Shown one piece after another: positions 11,518-24,101 of a DNA stretch of 63,179 nt. Below the pieces are notes generated by a model. It was given only the letters and a program-made list of their open reading frames with translations, searched no databases and was not told the DNA's origin. Both the position numbers and the translations under genes were made by a program. Source of the stretch: Negaprion brevirostris (Eukaryota); the NCBI GenBank assembly GCA_030324005.1, contig JARDVH010000133.1, forward strand, positions 5,550,359 through 5,613,537, in the 5' to 3' direction. Numbering within the stretch: the first letter of the stretch is position 1; each line of letters opens with the position of its first letter.

Positions 11518-14299
11518 AATAATCTCTGTGCCAATAGGAGGAGAACCTATAAAGATTGAGTCGTAATCTGCATTTGAGAAAACAATTAAATTAACTCTGC
11601 CTTGGACACATTGTCACATCTCACACACTCACACATGTTCAAAACATTTCAACTTTCCATTTTAATAGTTCCTTCCTTCCATTTGTAGTTGGAAAGTCAC
11701 TTTTGATTAATAAGACAGTTAGTGTGATCTCATTGAATGAAGCTTTCAGAGGATTTTGAGACCCACAGATCAGTGCAGTAATGCTAAGCAATGAGAGAAG
11801 TCCTTGTCTAGAGTCAAGGTGCGGGTCAATTCTGCTTCCTAAAAGCAATAACCCTTGAACCAGAAATCCGCTAAACAGGGTACAGATACGAAAGACCAGG
11901 GCAACAAAAATCCTACATCAAAGAGCAGACACACATGATTTCTTCAATTTTGTGATCCGGCAAGTTACAGAGGGCGAAGAAAGCTAGTCGTGATTTAGAG
12001 GACAATTGCTGGATCAAACAAAACAACTATGCCTCATTGAAGGGCCACCATGTGAATCAGATCATGGGATTGCCAACATCAGATCATCCATGTCTCCCTT
12101 TTATATGTCTTGAACAGGATTCATTGGATCAGCTCCCAGTGGCTAAGTGGAAATGGAAAGTTGTTTTGGAAAGTTCAACCTTCTTTGTTGTTAATTGGAA
12201 AGAAGGGAATGAAAGAATGACAAAAGGATTTAAAAACAAGTTTAAGCAGGTTTAAAACAGGCCAATAATCTCAAATCTCTCAATTTACAGACTGAATCCT
12301 TAAAGTCTTTTAGTATGGAATGTATTATGAAATTTCTAAAACGTAATAATAGTTTAGAGCGCACATCTGCTGGAATGAGGTCTGTTAGATATCCGTTAGA
12401 AAGTGGAGTTGATAAAATAAGTAGGACAGCCTTTACTTTTCTGGATAATCCTAGCAGATTATTTGCTCTTTAAAAAAAATGCACAGCATAAACCCACTTT
12501 GAGTGGGAAAGTTGAATAAATTGGTTTCAAGGCTTCAACCATTCTCCATCCAATTTGGCATTACCTACGATAGACTAACTTTTCAATTCCATCGCTTGTC
12601 TTTGGCTCCAAAGCATTTGTGCTTTGTTTTCCCAATGCTAGGAATACAAAAGATAACATTCCTGGATACAGTTCACTCTCGGTACTTCATGTCATAGTCA
12701 ATGCAATATTTTCCACTTGCTGCCTGAGGGTAAGGTTGGCTTTACATATTGGCTGCACATTATAGAAATAATCCAAATTTCCTTTCCAGTGGAATCAGTT
12801 TTATGATCAAGCAGCCAATTGAAAATTTACTCCCAAATGTCTACTTCTGAAAAACATGACTTGCCCCGTGGAGCAATATGCAAACTTATGTTTAAAGTAT
12901 AAGATAATGTTCTGCTGGACAAGTGATTAATTCTAGTTCCTGCTTTAAAACACTCGAAAATAATGTAAATCTTGCTATATGCTCTTGGTCTCTTTGTCAG
13001 ACTGTACAACTGAGACAGAAAATTAAAAATCACACTTGTTGGCAAATAAGTAAACATAGTTAGATTGCAATATTAACTACCATAGCTAAACAATACAAAT
13101 CCTGAAGCTGGAATAATATGAAGCTTTTATGCAAGAAGATATTTGCCACATCTGTGTAGCAAGAAGTGAACAGAGGAAAATAAGACACAAATTATATAGA
13201 TCTCTTCCTTTTTTTGCAGGTTAATACAAAACAAAGATAGGCGGATATAATTTACAATTAATCAAAGCTGGCCTAGTGAAAACCATTTTCAGTGACAGAC
13301 ATGTGCCAATTACAGGTATTATCATGCATATTTCAACTATATGTACACAAAAGAAAGAATACCCTTTTTTAGCAATCAGTAGCAGAAACTATTTCTGAGT
13401 TCTCATTGCATAGGCATCGCTAACATTTTGATGGCAAGAGTGTGAGAATCCATCTTAGTCTGAAACCAAATGGACTCAGTGAACGAGATAGCGGGATCTT
13501 TTGCTTTGGTGTTCCAAATAATGTAATCTATTGCAATAATTGTTACAGTATGTCCCTAATTGTTTAGGGTTCATTGCTATTTGGTATTTTCACTGTTCAC
13601 TGTAAAGGAGCATGGATCCTTACTGGATATCTGGTGGTTCTGTAATTTGATGCTAGTGTGTCCAGACACTGCTTGCAAGTTATTTGATTGGCAACAGGTT
13701 GCTTCTATGTAAACAATGGACTTACTGTGAAGCATCCTGATGGCATTTACTAGATTTGACTCTTGCCAATCTTGCAACCCAATGAAAGTTCAGTGCCCTG
13801 TTTGGCTGATGTTTCTTTCCAAAGAGAAAATGATAAGGGAACACTGCCTCTTGAAAACATGGGATATGTCACTTGCTCAATCTATTCATGGACCACAGAC
13901 TGGTTGATATTGCAGGCAATTCTGTTTAAAGATCTTACCATAAAAGTTTGTCAGTCTGAACAACTATGGGTATAGTGGCCACTGGCAAAGGCCAGGAATA
14001 TCACACACAGTTCACAATGCCTATGCAGGCACAAATACAAAAATGACAGTAAGTTTGAGACCGTTGATGTTAAAAAGAGAAAGGTACAGAGCAATTCCGC
14101 AATTTCATTAAGCACATTTTTGATTGTGGTTGTATAATTATCAATAACTGTGATAATAAGTTACGTATATCATATAATGGTCTTTATATAGTACATTAAT
14201 CAATAACAATATCAATAATTTAAAGCCAATGAGCCCAGTATGGGAATGACTTTTGGTATTTATGCTTTTGTCTATCGCTGGCAACATTCAGAACATCTG

Positions 14300-16020
14300 T
14301 TCACCAAGAGCTCAAAGTACACGTCTTTGCATTCTCTGAGAAACTGATGGAGGTTTGAAGTTGTTTTATATTGTCCACTTCAGTCTGTTCCTCTTGCTTC
14401 TCCAATCAGTGGCTATCTTTACAAAACATGTTCTGTACGAGCATTGCTGCAGAGTATGGAGAATATATAGGAGCTGATAATCTTATGTTTGCAATTTTTT
14501 TTCCCAGGGCTTTGCTTTAAAGTTTCAGGAACCTCTCCCCTCTTGTTTGGCTATGCTTCAACTCAGAGAAGGAACTAATACATTTTGCAATGCCAAATTC
14601 CTTGTATAGCGCGTCTATGTCAATCTCTAAGATTTCATGCTGAAATACTGTCGCATAATTCTTCAAAGGACACAGCATTTCCAAGGACTAACTTGGACAT
14701 TCTGTCATGAAAGCTGTTTTCAGACAACTCATATCCTTCATTCAAATATTTCTTGACTTTTGTAAAAAGTTTAAAAAGTCTCTCTCACATTTTCCTGCCA
14801 CATCTGGCGTTAATTGTTTCAGTCTGCACTTCACTACAAACGTAAAAATCTTGTCCTGAATCTTTCTCTCTGGATTCCTGCTCATATCACTCATCAGCTT
14901 GTACACTGAGAGAACACTGGCTGTCTTGGCTTCTAAAACTTCAATAAGTCCTTGAAAAGTTTCAGTGTACTGCTGAGAGAGAGAGAGAGAGAGAAAGCTC
15001 AGCCACTTAATTGAAAACCCTCTTGTCCCTGAAGCATCTCCATAGTATTTTCCCTTATCTGCATTCTAAAAGTAACCTGTCACAGCTTTCAGCATTTAAA
15101 CAATCTGTCAATAGCCAGCAGTAGAGAAAGCCACCTGGTCACAACGTGCCTCAATAGACTGTGCTGCTCCACTTCAACAATGTTACAGAACTCCTTTATT
15201 GCTGTGTTCTGCAGTATGATGTTTTCTGTATCAATATCCACGTTTCTTTGTGCAAAACACAAGCCACCAGTTGGTTGCTACAATATCCTTTTGAGCACCT
15301 TTCAGGTTTGGGTAAACATTGTTGTACTTTCTGTATTTAATACTTCTGCTGTCAGCTAAAAATGCAGAAAATCTCCCCAGGCTGAGATCAAAGGCACAGA
15401 ATCCGTACAATATTTCTTCTACTATTGCTTCTGGGGATTGCTGGCTATCACTATAGAAATCCAACAGCAAATGCTGGACCTCCATCTCAAAACTGAAATA
15501 GCTCAAAACTAACGGGAACACTTCGTTTGAATCCTTGTTTGAATCATCAGATGCCACCAAAAAAAATGGCTTTCATGTAATCCAACTGCTTTGTACAGAA
15601 TATGGCACTAGAACATTCACACTCAGTGCTTTTGTCTTTGTTTTTCCACATTCAAGTCTTTTGGACTTACAGAAGAATCACTGTAGATTACTTTATCAAC
15701 TTTTATGCTGCAGTCAACACTCCAAAAAGACTGGTGGCACTACAGATACAGTAAATTTTACACAATTTAGCAGCAGTCCCTTCAATGACAACACTCAGAC
15801 AGTTTAAATCTCAATGATGATGGACGTGCAATTTGAGTGTTAAGTTTGTGCTTATTCGACAAATGTGCTGTTTCACACCTCCCTTTCTTTGGCAGCTAAC
15901 TAGCTATCGATGTTACATCAACAAAAAGTATAAAGTGCTTGTTACACTCCTTGTCTACTTTTTGCTATGGAATCAAATTCTTTTGACCACTGCAGATCGA
16001 ACAAGGCCTTTCTCTTAGGC
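14300..16020 (-). pseudogene. hAT-superfamily transposase fossil, near full length
   Basis: In order, with stops and frameshifts: N-terminal KRKALFDLQWSKEF, SDDSNK..FPLVLSYF..VQHLLLDFY, LLRHVVTRWLSLLLAIDRL (hAT RW motif), and C-terminal YIFSILCSNARTEHV resembling the hAT dimerisation domain. Confidence 0.85.
14974..14994. repeat. (GA)n microsatellite
   Basis: About 10 GA units seen directly. Confidence 0.9.
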
Positions 16021-16314
16021 ATTCTGAATTGGTGTATGCTGGTGCGTGTCAGGGTGCGCGTGTTTGAGCGTGAAGAGGACAACTCTTATGATTTTACTCA
16101 TGAGCAAAATGGCCACAAGCTTAAGGTCGGCCAATATTCAAACAAGCATGACTTAGAATGGACCTATAAATAAATGGCTTAAAATGACTGACATTGTTAT
16201 TGACTAATGAAGCTGGTAAGGCAACATTGCAAAATGTTGAGGATGGTGTCATAAGGATGCAGTTTCACAAATATCGACGCAGACATCAAGTTTCTACAAA
16301 GATGCAAGAAAGCA

Positions 16315-16597
16315 GACATTATCTTGTAAATTGAGTTTGTGTCTGTACGTGACCTGTCTGAGAACACAAGTCCTCACTCACCTGATGAAGGAACCCGAGA
16401 CTCTGAAAGCTACTGCTGCCAAATAAACCTGTTGGNNNNNNNNNNNNNNNNNNNNNNNNNNNNNNNNNNNNNNNNNNNNNNNNNNNNNNNNNNNNNNNNN
16501 NNNNNNNNNNNNNNNNNNNNNNNNNNNNNNNNNNNAAAGCTACTGCTGCCAAATAAACCTGTTGGACTTTAGCCTGATGTTGTGAGACTTCTTACTA
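16315..16597 (+). mobile_element. Penelope-like element terminal repeat (spans gap)
   Basis: cacctgatgaagg...gaaagctactgctgccaaataaacctgttggactttagcctgatgttgtgagacttcttact; same family as 18376-18637 and 49920-50111. Confidence 0.75.
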
Positions 16598-17478
16598 TAA
16601 GGAAACAGAACAGAGCTGATTTTTTGCGAGCACGCTCACCAACCCATGAATGATTATCATCAATCAATGAGGCTGACAATGTAACCACTTAGACCCACCT
16701 AGCCTCAAACTGATTGATTTTGATAGGATTTATTTTTGAAACATCTTCCGATTGGTCCGAGTGCCCATGAACGAATGAACCTTCGCTTAGGCTGGGCCAA
16801 GGTGTTGTGAGCTTCAAAATGCAACCAAAAACGTTTAAATTCTTGCTACAAAAACCTACCTTTAACAGCCCAAACTCAGCAGGGCAAACTATTAGATTAT
16901 GTTCAATTTAAATGGATGAGGCATGTATGCCTGTAACTGAGCTCACTAAACAATGTAAAATCTGCTGAGGGAACTAATTAACACAATTTGGTTCAGAATT
17001 TTGTGGGCAGTGGCATCCACAAAAATCTACCATGTCCTGTTGTGGATTTCACCTTTCCTGATGCCAATTTCATTCTGCACTAGCTACAGGGGGGCCTCTG
17101 GCATTCTGCATAATCACGTCATCAAGCAGCCAATCGTAGTTAAATACTCACACAAACAACAAACCAAAAAGTAACAAGCAGATTTTGCCATTCATGACTT
17201 ATAATTTACAACAAGGAACAAACATCTTGGGAGATGCAAGGTTGAAACTGAAAAACTGTAACAGCACATTAAAAATATACGATAATATTTCAAAATATAT
17301 GGAATTTTTAGGTTGGAACGGAGAACTTTGACATTCCACGAATATACATTTAGGTTTTCAAGGCCAGACAGTTTGTTTAGCAGTAACGATGGCTTTAGTG
17401 CACCATTCAAAACACAGTTACACCTCACTCAACAAGATGCAAGGGGCAACTCTCCCAAGAAAATTCTAAGTGTCGAAT

Positions 17479-17690
17479 TAGAACATAAGAAATAGGAGGA
17501 GTAGGCCATCTAGCCCTTCGAGCCTGCCCCGCCATTCAATAAGATCATGGCTGATCNNNNNNNNNNNNNNNNNNNNNNNNNNNNNNNNNNNNNNNNNNNN
17601 NNNNNNNNNNNNNNNNNNNNNNNNNNNNNNNNNNNNNNNNNNNNNNNNNNNNNNNNACTCCCTCCAAGGCCAAAATATCCTTGCGTAAGT
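17479..17690 (-). mobile_element. young CR1 3' end (spans gap)
   Basis: gaacataagaaataggaggagtaggccatctagcccttcgagcctgccc is a near-identical reverse complement of 24626-24700. Confidence 0.85.
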
Positions 17691-18375
17691 GCGGCGACCA
17701 AAATCCACATAAAAACTCGAGTAAGTCACGCTGTTTTTACAGCGGGACTTTCAAAATGAATCTCCCACACTCTGAGCATTGCAGAGGGCACGAGCGTGAA
17801 TCATGTGAAGAGTCTGGGGACAGGGCCTATTCCCACAGAAAGAGGCTGAAACCATCATGCTGAGTGACTGCCGCGCCCCCCCCACGTGCACGCGCTGATC
17901 TCTGGGAGATCATTAAACAAGTCCTCCTAGCATCGAGATTGCTGGCCTCAACCCTCCATCGACATTACTGGCCTGACTGTGGGTTTCTAACTCCCCCCCA
18001 TGGACATTACTGGCCCTCTCATGCCTCTTCCTTCCCCCCCACAAGAACATCGCTGGCGTCTCCAGACATCACTGGCCTCGTCGTCTCTCCACGCACACTC
18101 CCCCTCCCCCTCCCCCCCCGCTTCTCACACACAGTGCTTTGTGGCCATGCACATCCCCTACTTGGGAGCATTCCCCCTTGTTGAGTGACAGCCTTGAGCA
18201 TTGTGCCCCCTCCCCCACTGAACACTGTACCTTGTTGAGCTAACTCAATCAGCACCTTTGGAGATGGCTGAACCTCTATTAAAGACAGGCTGTCTGGACA
18301 TTATTCACAATGAAATGTAACTAACAGGCTGATGACTGGCTCAAACTGATTGCACTTGGACTCCCTTCACAGATG

Positions 18376-18637
18376 TGGACATGCCGGCGTTGGACTGGGG
18401 TAAACGCACTAAGAACTCTCAGAGCACCAGTTAAAGTCCAACAGGTTTATTTGATAGCACAAGCTACTAAGTACCTTTAAGACTTGATTGCCTGTAAAGG
18501 TTCGCTTTCCAACCATTATTTTGTAAATTAAGTTTGTGTCTTTATATATCCTGTTTGTGAACAGAACTCCCACTTACCAAGGGGCTTGTGCTACCAAATA
18601 AACCTGTTGAACTTTACCTGGTGTTGTGAGACTTACT
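18376..18637. mobile_element. Penelope-like fragment with inverted termini
   Basis: taaagtccaacaggtttatttgatagcacaagc is inverse to gcttgtgctaccaaataaacctgttgaacttta. Confidence 0.75.
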
Positions 18638-18702
18638 CCCTTCACAGGCCAGAGCTGTATATAAACTGCAATTATGAACACATAGGCAATCATGCCAGGA
18701 AG

Positions 18703-18936
18703 ATGTCCTTTAAGAAATGTGGTCCCAGATATTCTGAGAGTGAGCATGTCTGCCTGCTGGACACAGCGGAGGGCAGACACCAACTGCTGTACTCCACTTA
18801 GGGCCATCGCCCAAGGGGTTGCACAGCAAGCATGTTATAGGAGGCAGTGGCAGCTATTGTAAATGCCAGGACTCTGATACCTCAGTCCAGAGAACAGCAC
18901 TACAAGAAAACGAATGGCTTTCTTCGGGCCGCAAGA
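18703..18936 (+). pseudogene. Myb/SANT-like (trihelix) exon of a Harbinger accessory protein, two in-frame stops
   Basis: One frame gives MSFKKCGPRYSESEHVCLLDTAEGRHQLLYST*GHRPRGCTASML*EAVAAIVNARTLIPQSREQHYKKTNGFLRAAR, followed directly by donor gtgagt. Fits the NAIF1/MSANTD-type pattern PRF..E...LL...E....L ... W..VA..VN ... Q..KK.N. Confidence 0.75.
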
Positions 18937-20036
18937 GTGAGTGCACATGTGCTGTTCTTACAATGTTAAGCATCCCCAGACATCTCAAGGGTGGCCACCA
19001 ACCACCCCCACCACTACCCACTGTTCCCTCACCTCCCAAATACCCCAGGTCTGTCTCCAATCCCTGCGGCACCACCGCAATCAGCAGCCTCCCCAGTGGC
19101 GAAACGCTAAAGGCACGCTAAGGTAAGTTAATGAATGCAAATTGCTGTTACACTGATTTTCAGAGTGGATCCGTCAATGAGAAAAAAAACTTAGGCTAGG
19201 AAATGTGCAGACACCCTGACACCCAGCATAAATCAGCTGCCGCTGGTATATCCGGCTCGCTGGCAGGGGGATGGGAGAATCGCCCCGTAATGTTCTCAAG
19301 GGTTTTTCAGTGAGAATTTTTTTTGGCTATCAGTGAGAATATTAATGCAAAAATGGAAGTTCACATCAATTAAGTGATTACCAACAGATGACCATCTGCA
19401 GGGATTTCAGCAGTGCACCACAGAGCATGGAATCACGTAAAGCAGCTGCTGAGTTTCCACACCTAGCTGTGAAAGTGCAGGTGCTGTCAGGTTCACAGAG
19501 TAACAACGGCAAATACCAACAGTTTTGTTATCATAAACACAAAATCCAGGCCAATATTACGAGCTGGTGCTGGTCAGCACCACAGTCTCCTTTTACTCAT
19601 CCTCTCATCCTCTTTCTGTAATACATAATGCAACATTGTAAGAATTTCACCAATATGGAACATAGGAACGTTGTCCAAAGGCAGATAGCACTCCTCAGCT
19701 GTTTGTACTATCCCTGCTTCTCAGTGACGAGAGCTTGGAGAAATAATCCAAAACCATGGTGCAAAATTATGATAATTACATTGCAGTTGATGCATCTTTT
19801 AACTAACCAGGAGGTAACATGGTGGCACAGTGGTTGGAAAGTGGCTAGAACCTGAAATTACAAATTCAAATTGCAATTTCAATGGGCTAATTTTGTTCAC
19901 AAAAGGCTTCAATCAGATTACATCATCAGCTGGCAGNNNNNNNNNNNNNNNNNNNNNNNNNNNNNNNNNNNNNNNNNNNNNNNNNNNNNNNNNNNNNNNN
20001 NNNNNNNNNNNNNNNNNNNNNNNNNNNNNNNNNNNN

Positions 20037-20103
20037 CCACACAGACAGTGACGCAAGCCAGGGATGTTGTGAGGGTGCAATTCTAATCACTGTGCCACCG
20101 TGC
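20037..20103 (-). mobile_element. V-SINE 5' fragment beside gap
   Basis: ccacacagacagtgac...cactgtgccaccgtgc. Confidence 0.7.
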
Positions 20104-20957
20104 AGTCCATTTTAGGTCATGTGCTTGCGGACGGGCTTCCCACCCCACTTCCAGGCTTCACCCCACTGCTGCTGGCCTACATTGGTGAACCCTGATGAAG
20201 GCCCCATTCTAGTACCAGAAGTGTCCATCACCCCTGGTAGGTTAGTGGCAGTTCTAAGGGTGGCATTTCCACCTTACTGGGGAGCTTAATGGGATGGGAG
20301 GCCCGAAGCTGCCCAGGTAAGTGCCCATTTAGAATGGAATAGCATTGATCCTCACAAAGAAAAACACTGTAGTTCTCTCAATGATTCTCCAACTGGTGGG
20401 CAAGACTGTCATCATCCACTTAATCTCTGCCCAGCTCAGTTGAAAAATTAAAATCCTAACTTGATAGATTATTGTTTGGTAAGAAAAATGAAGCATATCT
20501 AAGGAAAATATGAATGGAATTATGATACATATCATCTGTGATCTAACTAAATGGCAGAATAGATATGAGTGGTTGAATAGTCTATTCCTCTTAAGTCCAT
20601 TCTCACCTAAAAACACTTTGCAGCAGTTGATACTATTCAGCAAACTCCATTGTGGACCTTGACTAACTTTCTCACTCCCTACCTTCAGGCATGTCGAATC
20701 CAGTCATGCCACTTTGCTGTGTTCACCAAGGATCAAGTCACCACAATCTGGCTGCAGACAAGTTGAAAAATGGGAAAGCAAGCCATCGACATGTTTTGTA
20801 CCTGACTCCAGTTTTGTCTATCTTTGAGCATTTTACATGTTAGATACTTACACACATTTCTTCCCTTACCCTCATCATTCCGACAGAATTCACCTAATAA
20901 TACTTGTGAACATGTTTAAGTGAATAACTCCCCTAATCGTCTTCAAAAAATGCATAT

Positions 20958-21095
20958 GATGTGCTGGTTAGATGTATTGCTAAGTTCTCCCTCAATGTAC
21001 CCGAACAGGTGCTGGAGTGTGGCTACTAGGGGATTTTCACAGTAACTTCACTGCAGTGTTCTTGTAAGCCTACTTGTGACACTAACAAAATATTA
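20958..21095 (+). mobile_element. V-SINE tail type B, 3' part
   Basis: tgtacccgaacaggtgctggagtgtggctactaggggattttcacagtaacttcactgcagtg...cttgtgacactaa. Confidence 0.8.
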
Positions 21096-22484
21096 ACAAT
21101 AAACTAATCATCTTTGGCCAATTTGTAAATGGGTGTAACAGTGACACCTAATGGCAGGCCATTAGGTGTGCACATTTTCCTCATTTTTTGCAGAAATTCT
21201 TCAAATTCCAAATGGTCTTACTTAGCCCACGTGTTGTAGTTGACCTGGAATCAACTCACCCTGTAAGCAGCTAATTCTGTTTCCACTGGAGTTGCACTAG
21301 TCAATTGTTAAGACATAAGTAGATCTGGAAACACTACTCAATTGAGCTGAATGAAATTCTGCTCAATGTTAGATCTGGAGCATAAGATCCACCTTTTAGA
21401 TCTACTTTAATGCTTTTCAACTCCAAAGATATGAATTCTACCAAGTGCAAAATGCACAGTTTTTAAGAAAATGCACACAATAAAACTTGCACTTATCCAT
21501 CAGAGAGTACCACACTTTATGAACTGTACATTCAGAAAATAGATTTTCAGCAGTTACGTCATTGATTTGAGTATCTGCAGGCAAAAGACAGTCACACGTG
21601 TAAGAGTAATTAAAATCTGGAGCACTGCTTTCAGGGACTTCAGAGGTGTAGAGATCTTTTAATGCTCCAGAGTTTAATTATCACCAGTTATTATCGTCTC
21701 TCATCAGGGGCTGCATCAGAAATCAGGTTGCAGGTCTTTGGTAAGCAAAGATAATACTTTGCAGCATACTCTGAGTGTGGAACATTTTACATCTAGAATC
21801 ACTACCTCTCCTTAATAAATATTCAGTAACATTCGCTGAGAATATCAGCCTATCCATCATCCAGACAACTCCAATGAACCAATTTCTAGGAAACTAAGGT
21901 TTGACTGAATAGCATGGTCAAATATGGGGCACAATTAGCTTCAATGCAATAAATACCCCACAAACACTCGAAACAGAAAATGGAGCAGTGGGACACCAAT
22001 CAAAGAGCATAATCATGACTCTGCATAGTCGCAGGGTCATGATGTGGACAAATCGGTTGGACTGAAACCTGGTGTTGTCAGACTTTTTACTGTAGTTGCA
22101 GGGTCCCAGGATATTAACCAGTGCTTATTATTTTCTGCATCTCAGAGCTGCTTACTAAATGCTCTTCTAAGATGCTGGGTCTAGAATACAAATAATTGGC
22201 TCTTTAACAGAAACTTGCAGATTTGCTGTATACCATGTTTCTGCAGATCACAGGTTTCTTTGGCTATCCGGCATCAAATGTATTGAACCCAAATTGCAAC
22301 GTGAGACCAACCCTTCATTATGTAAACTGACAGGGAGACAGCGATAAACTTCAAGAGGATCCAGATGAGTTAGTGTGATGGGTGGAAATTTGGCAGGTTT
22401 TATTGGAATTTGCTTTAGGAGGAAGAATGAGGAGAGGCAGAGAGGATGCAGGAGCAGCAGGAATGGGGGGTATGTGCACAAAGG

Positions 22485-23070
22485 TATAAACACAAGGAAT
22501 TTATGATAAAAGCAGTACAAACACTGGTTCAACCTCAACTGAAGTACTGTGTCCAGTTTTGGACAGTACACATTAAGAGGACGTGGAAGTATTAGAGAGG
22601 GTGCAGAAAAGATTTAAGAGGATTGTCCCTCTGCTCCTGCAGAGAATAGTTCCGGGAATGAGGAACTTCAATTGCTAATTCAAGAAGCTGTGGCTGTTCT
22701 CCTTGGAGAAGATTAACAGGAGATCTGAAAGTGGTGCTTAAATCATGAAGGGCCTGGACAGAATAGATAGGGAAAAATTTCTCCCATTAGCAGAAGGATG
22801 AGTTAGAGGATACTGATGGGCAAAAGAAGCAATGATGACATAAGGAAACCCTTTTTATGCAGTGAATGGTTCAAATCTGAATACACTGTCTGAGAAAGTG
22901 GTGGAGGCAGAATCAACTGAAAGCTTCAAAAGAGAATTAAATAAGTACCTAGAAAGAAAAAGGGGCTTTAAGAAAAGGCGTAGGAGTGGGATTAGAGGAG
23001 TTGCTCTTTCAGAGAAACTGTATGACACGTCAAATGGTCTCTTGCTTTGCTGTAGCCATTCAATGGTTTT
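22485..23070 (+). mobile_element. CR1 LINE 3' end, decayed
   Basis: cctcaactgaagtactgtgtccagttttgg...gagagggtgcagaaaagattt; translated NTLSEKVVEAESTESFKRELNKYL. Confidence 0.85.
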
Positions 23071-24101
23071 TTTGCTTGCAAGCTGTGGAGGAGAGCTACT
23101 CATTCACACTTGCCTATTCTCAAATTTAATATTGTGCTCAGAATATAAGCCACAAGTCAGTGGTTTCATGATCATAGTAAATGTATTTGGCATTACATTA
23201 GCCATATGCCAAGTAAGGAATCCAGTCATATCCATTCAAATGGAAACAATGCTTGTTTGCAAAGAAGTTGATGGTTACTACAAACAAAGAATTCCACTTG
23301 CAGAGCTTTAACATAAAATGAATAAGGATAAAGAAGGCCATTTAGCCTCTACTGCGAGAGGGCACTTTGATGTTAATTGTATATTAACTGTGCTTAATTG
23401 TATGTAGGTGGTGGGCATTAACAGGGGAGTCACTTGTGCTCTAAAAAAAAGTAGATTCTTCAAAAGATGTATATGCAACATGTTTGGAATGTGTATTTCT
23501 GTAATTAGAAACCTATTAAAGGGTGTAAAGATTGGCTCCAGTTCTATATTTCACCACCTTGTTTTATAGAATGCAACCTAATAGTAAGGTTGGAAACTAA
23601 GAATATTCTCAGACATAAAACTAAAATCCTAGTGGCCATTGTAGAAAGTGGCATAGAGCATGGTTAAAGTGTCAGCCTCTGATTATCTTCCAAGTACTTG
23701 GAGTCTGAACAGTGTAGGAATGAAGCAGATAAAAGGACAACCATTACAACCCTATAAAACCCCTACTGAACCTACAAAAGGCATAGCCCTTCGGGTTGCC
23801 ACTTCCTAGAAAAAATAAAATCAGAAGTAAAGGTATTTTTCTTTGGAACAGATGCACGTCAGTTGAATAGTAATAAAGGTTTGGGCCATCTATTAGAGCT
23901 CCTAGATTAAATCTGTAAGAAAGACAACCCAATAAATGCTCATGAAGCATGGTCAGAATTTGATAAATTTCAGGAAACAGAAGGACATTCCATAGGGGAA
24001 TATATCATGGACTTTAACAGATGGCATAAAAAATAGATCAAATTTAAATTTGGGGATGCCTATTTAAATTATCGAACTGTGGCAAATCATCTTGCAGAAA
24101 T

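Larger units (their letters stand above)
17443..19286 (+). mobile_element. PIF/Harbinger-derived TIR element
   Basis: Imperfect TIRs ggggcaactctcc and ggagaatcgcccc. Left subterminal region shared with 38084-38300. Contains a Myb/SANT relic. Confidence 0.75.
16990..19600 (+). mobile_element. old non-autonomous element hosting the Harbinger insertion
   Basis: 16990-17440 is homologous in reverse to about 11100-11500; similar sequence appears to resume after 19288. Right boundary uncertain. Confidence 0.35.

Noticed and set aside
14301-14330. Minus-strand LSSW* resembling the PPIL2 C-terminus
   Set aside because: At the end of the hAT fossil, with no upstream similarity.
23649-23665. tggcatagagcatggtt as a GalEa-type primer binding site
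   Set aside because: Imperfect, not preceded by an LTR-terminal CA, and overlaps the probable gag start.
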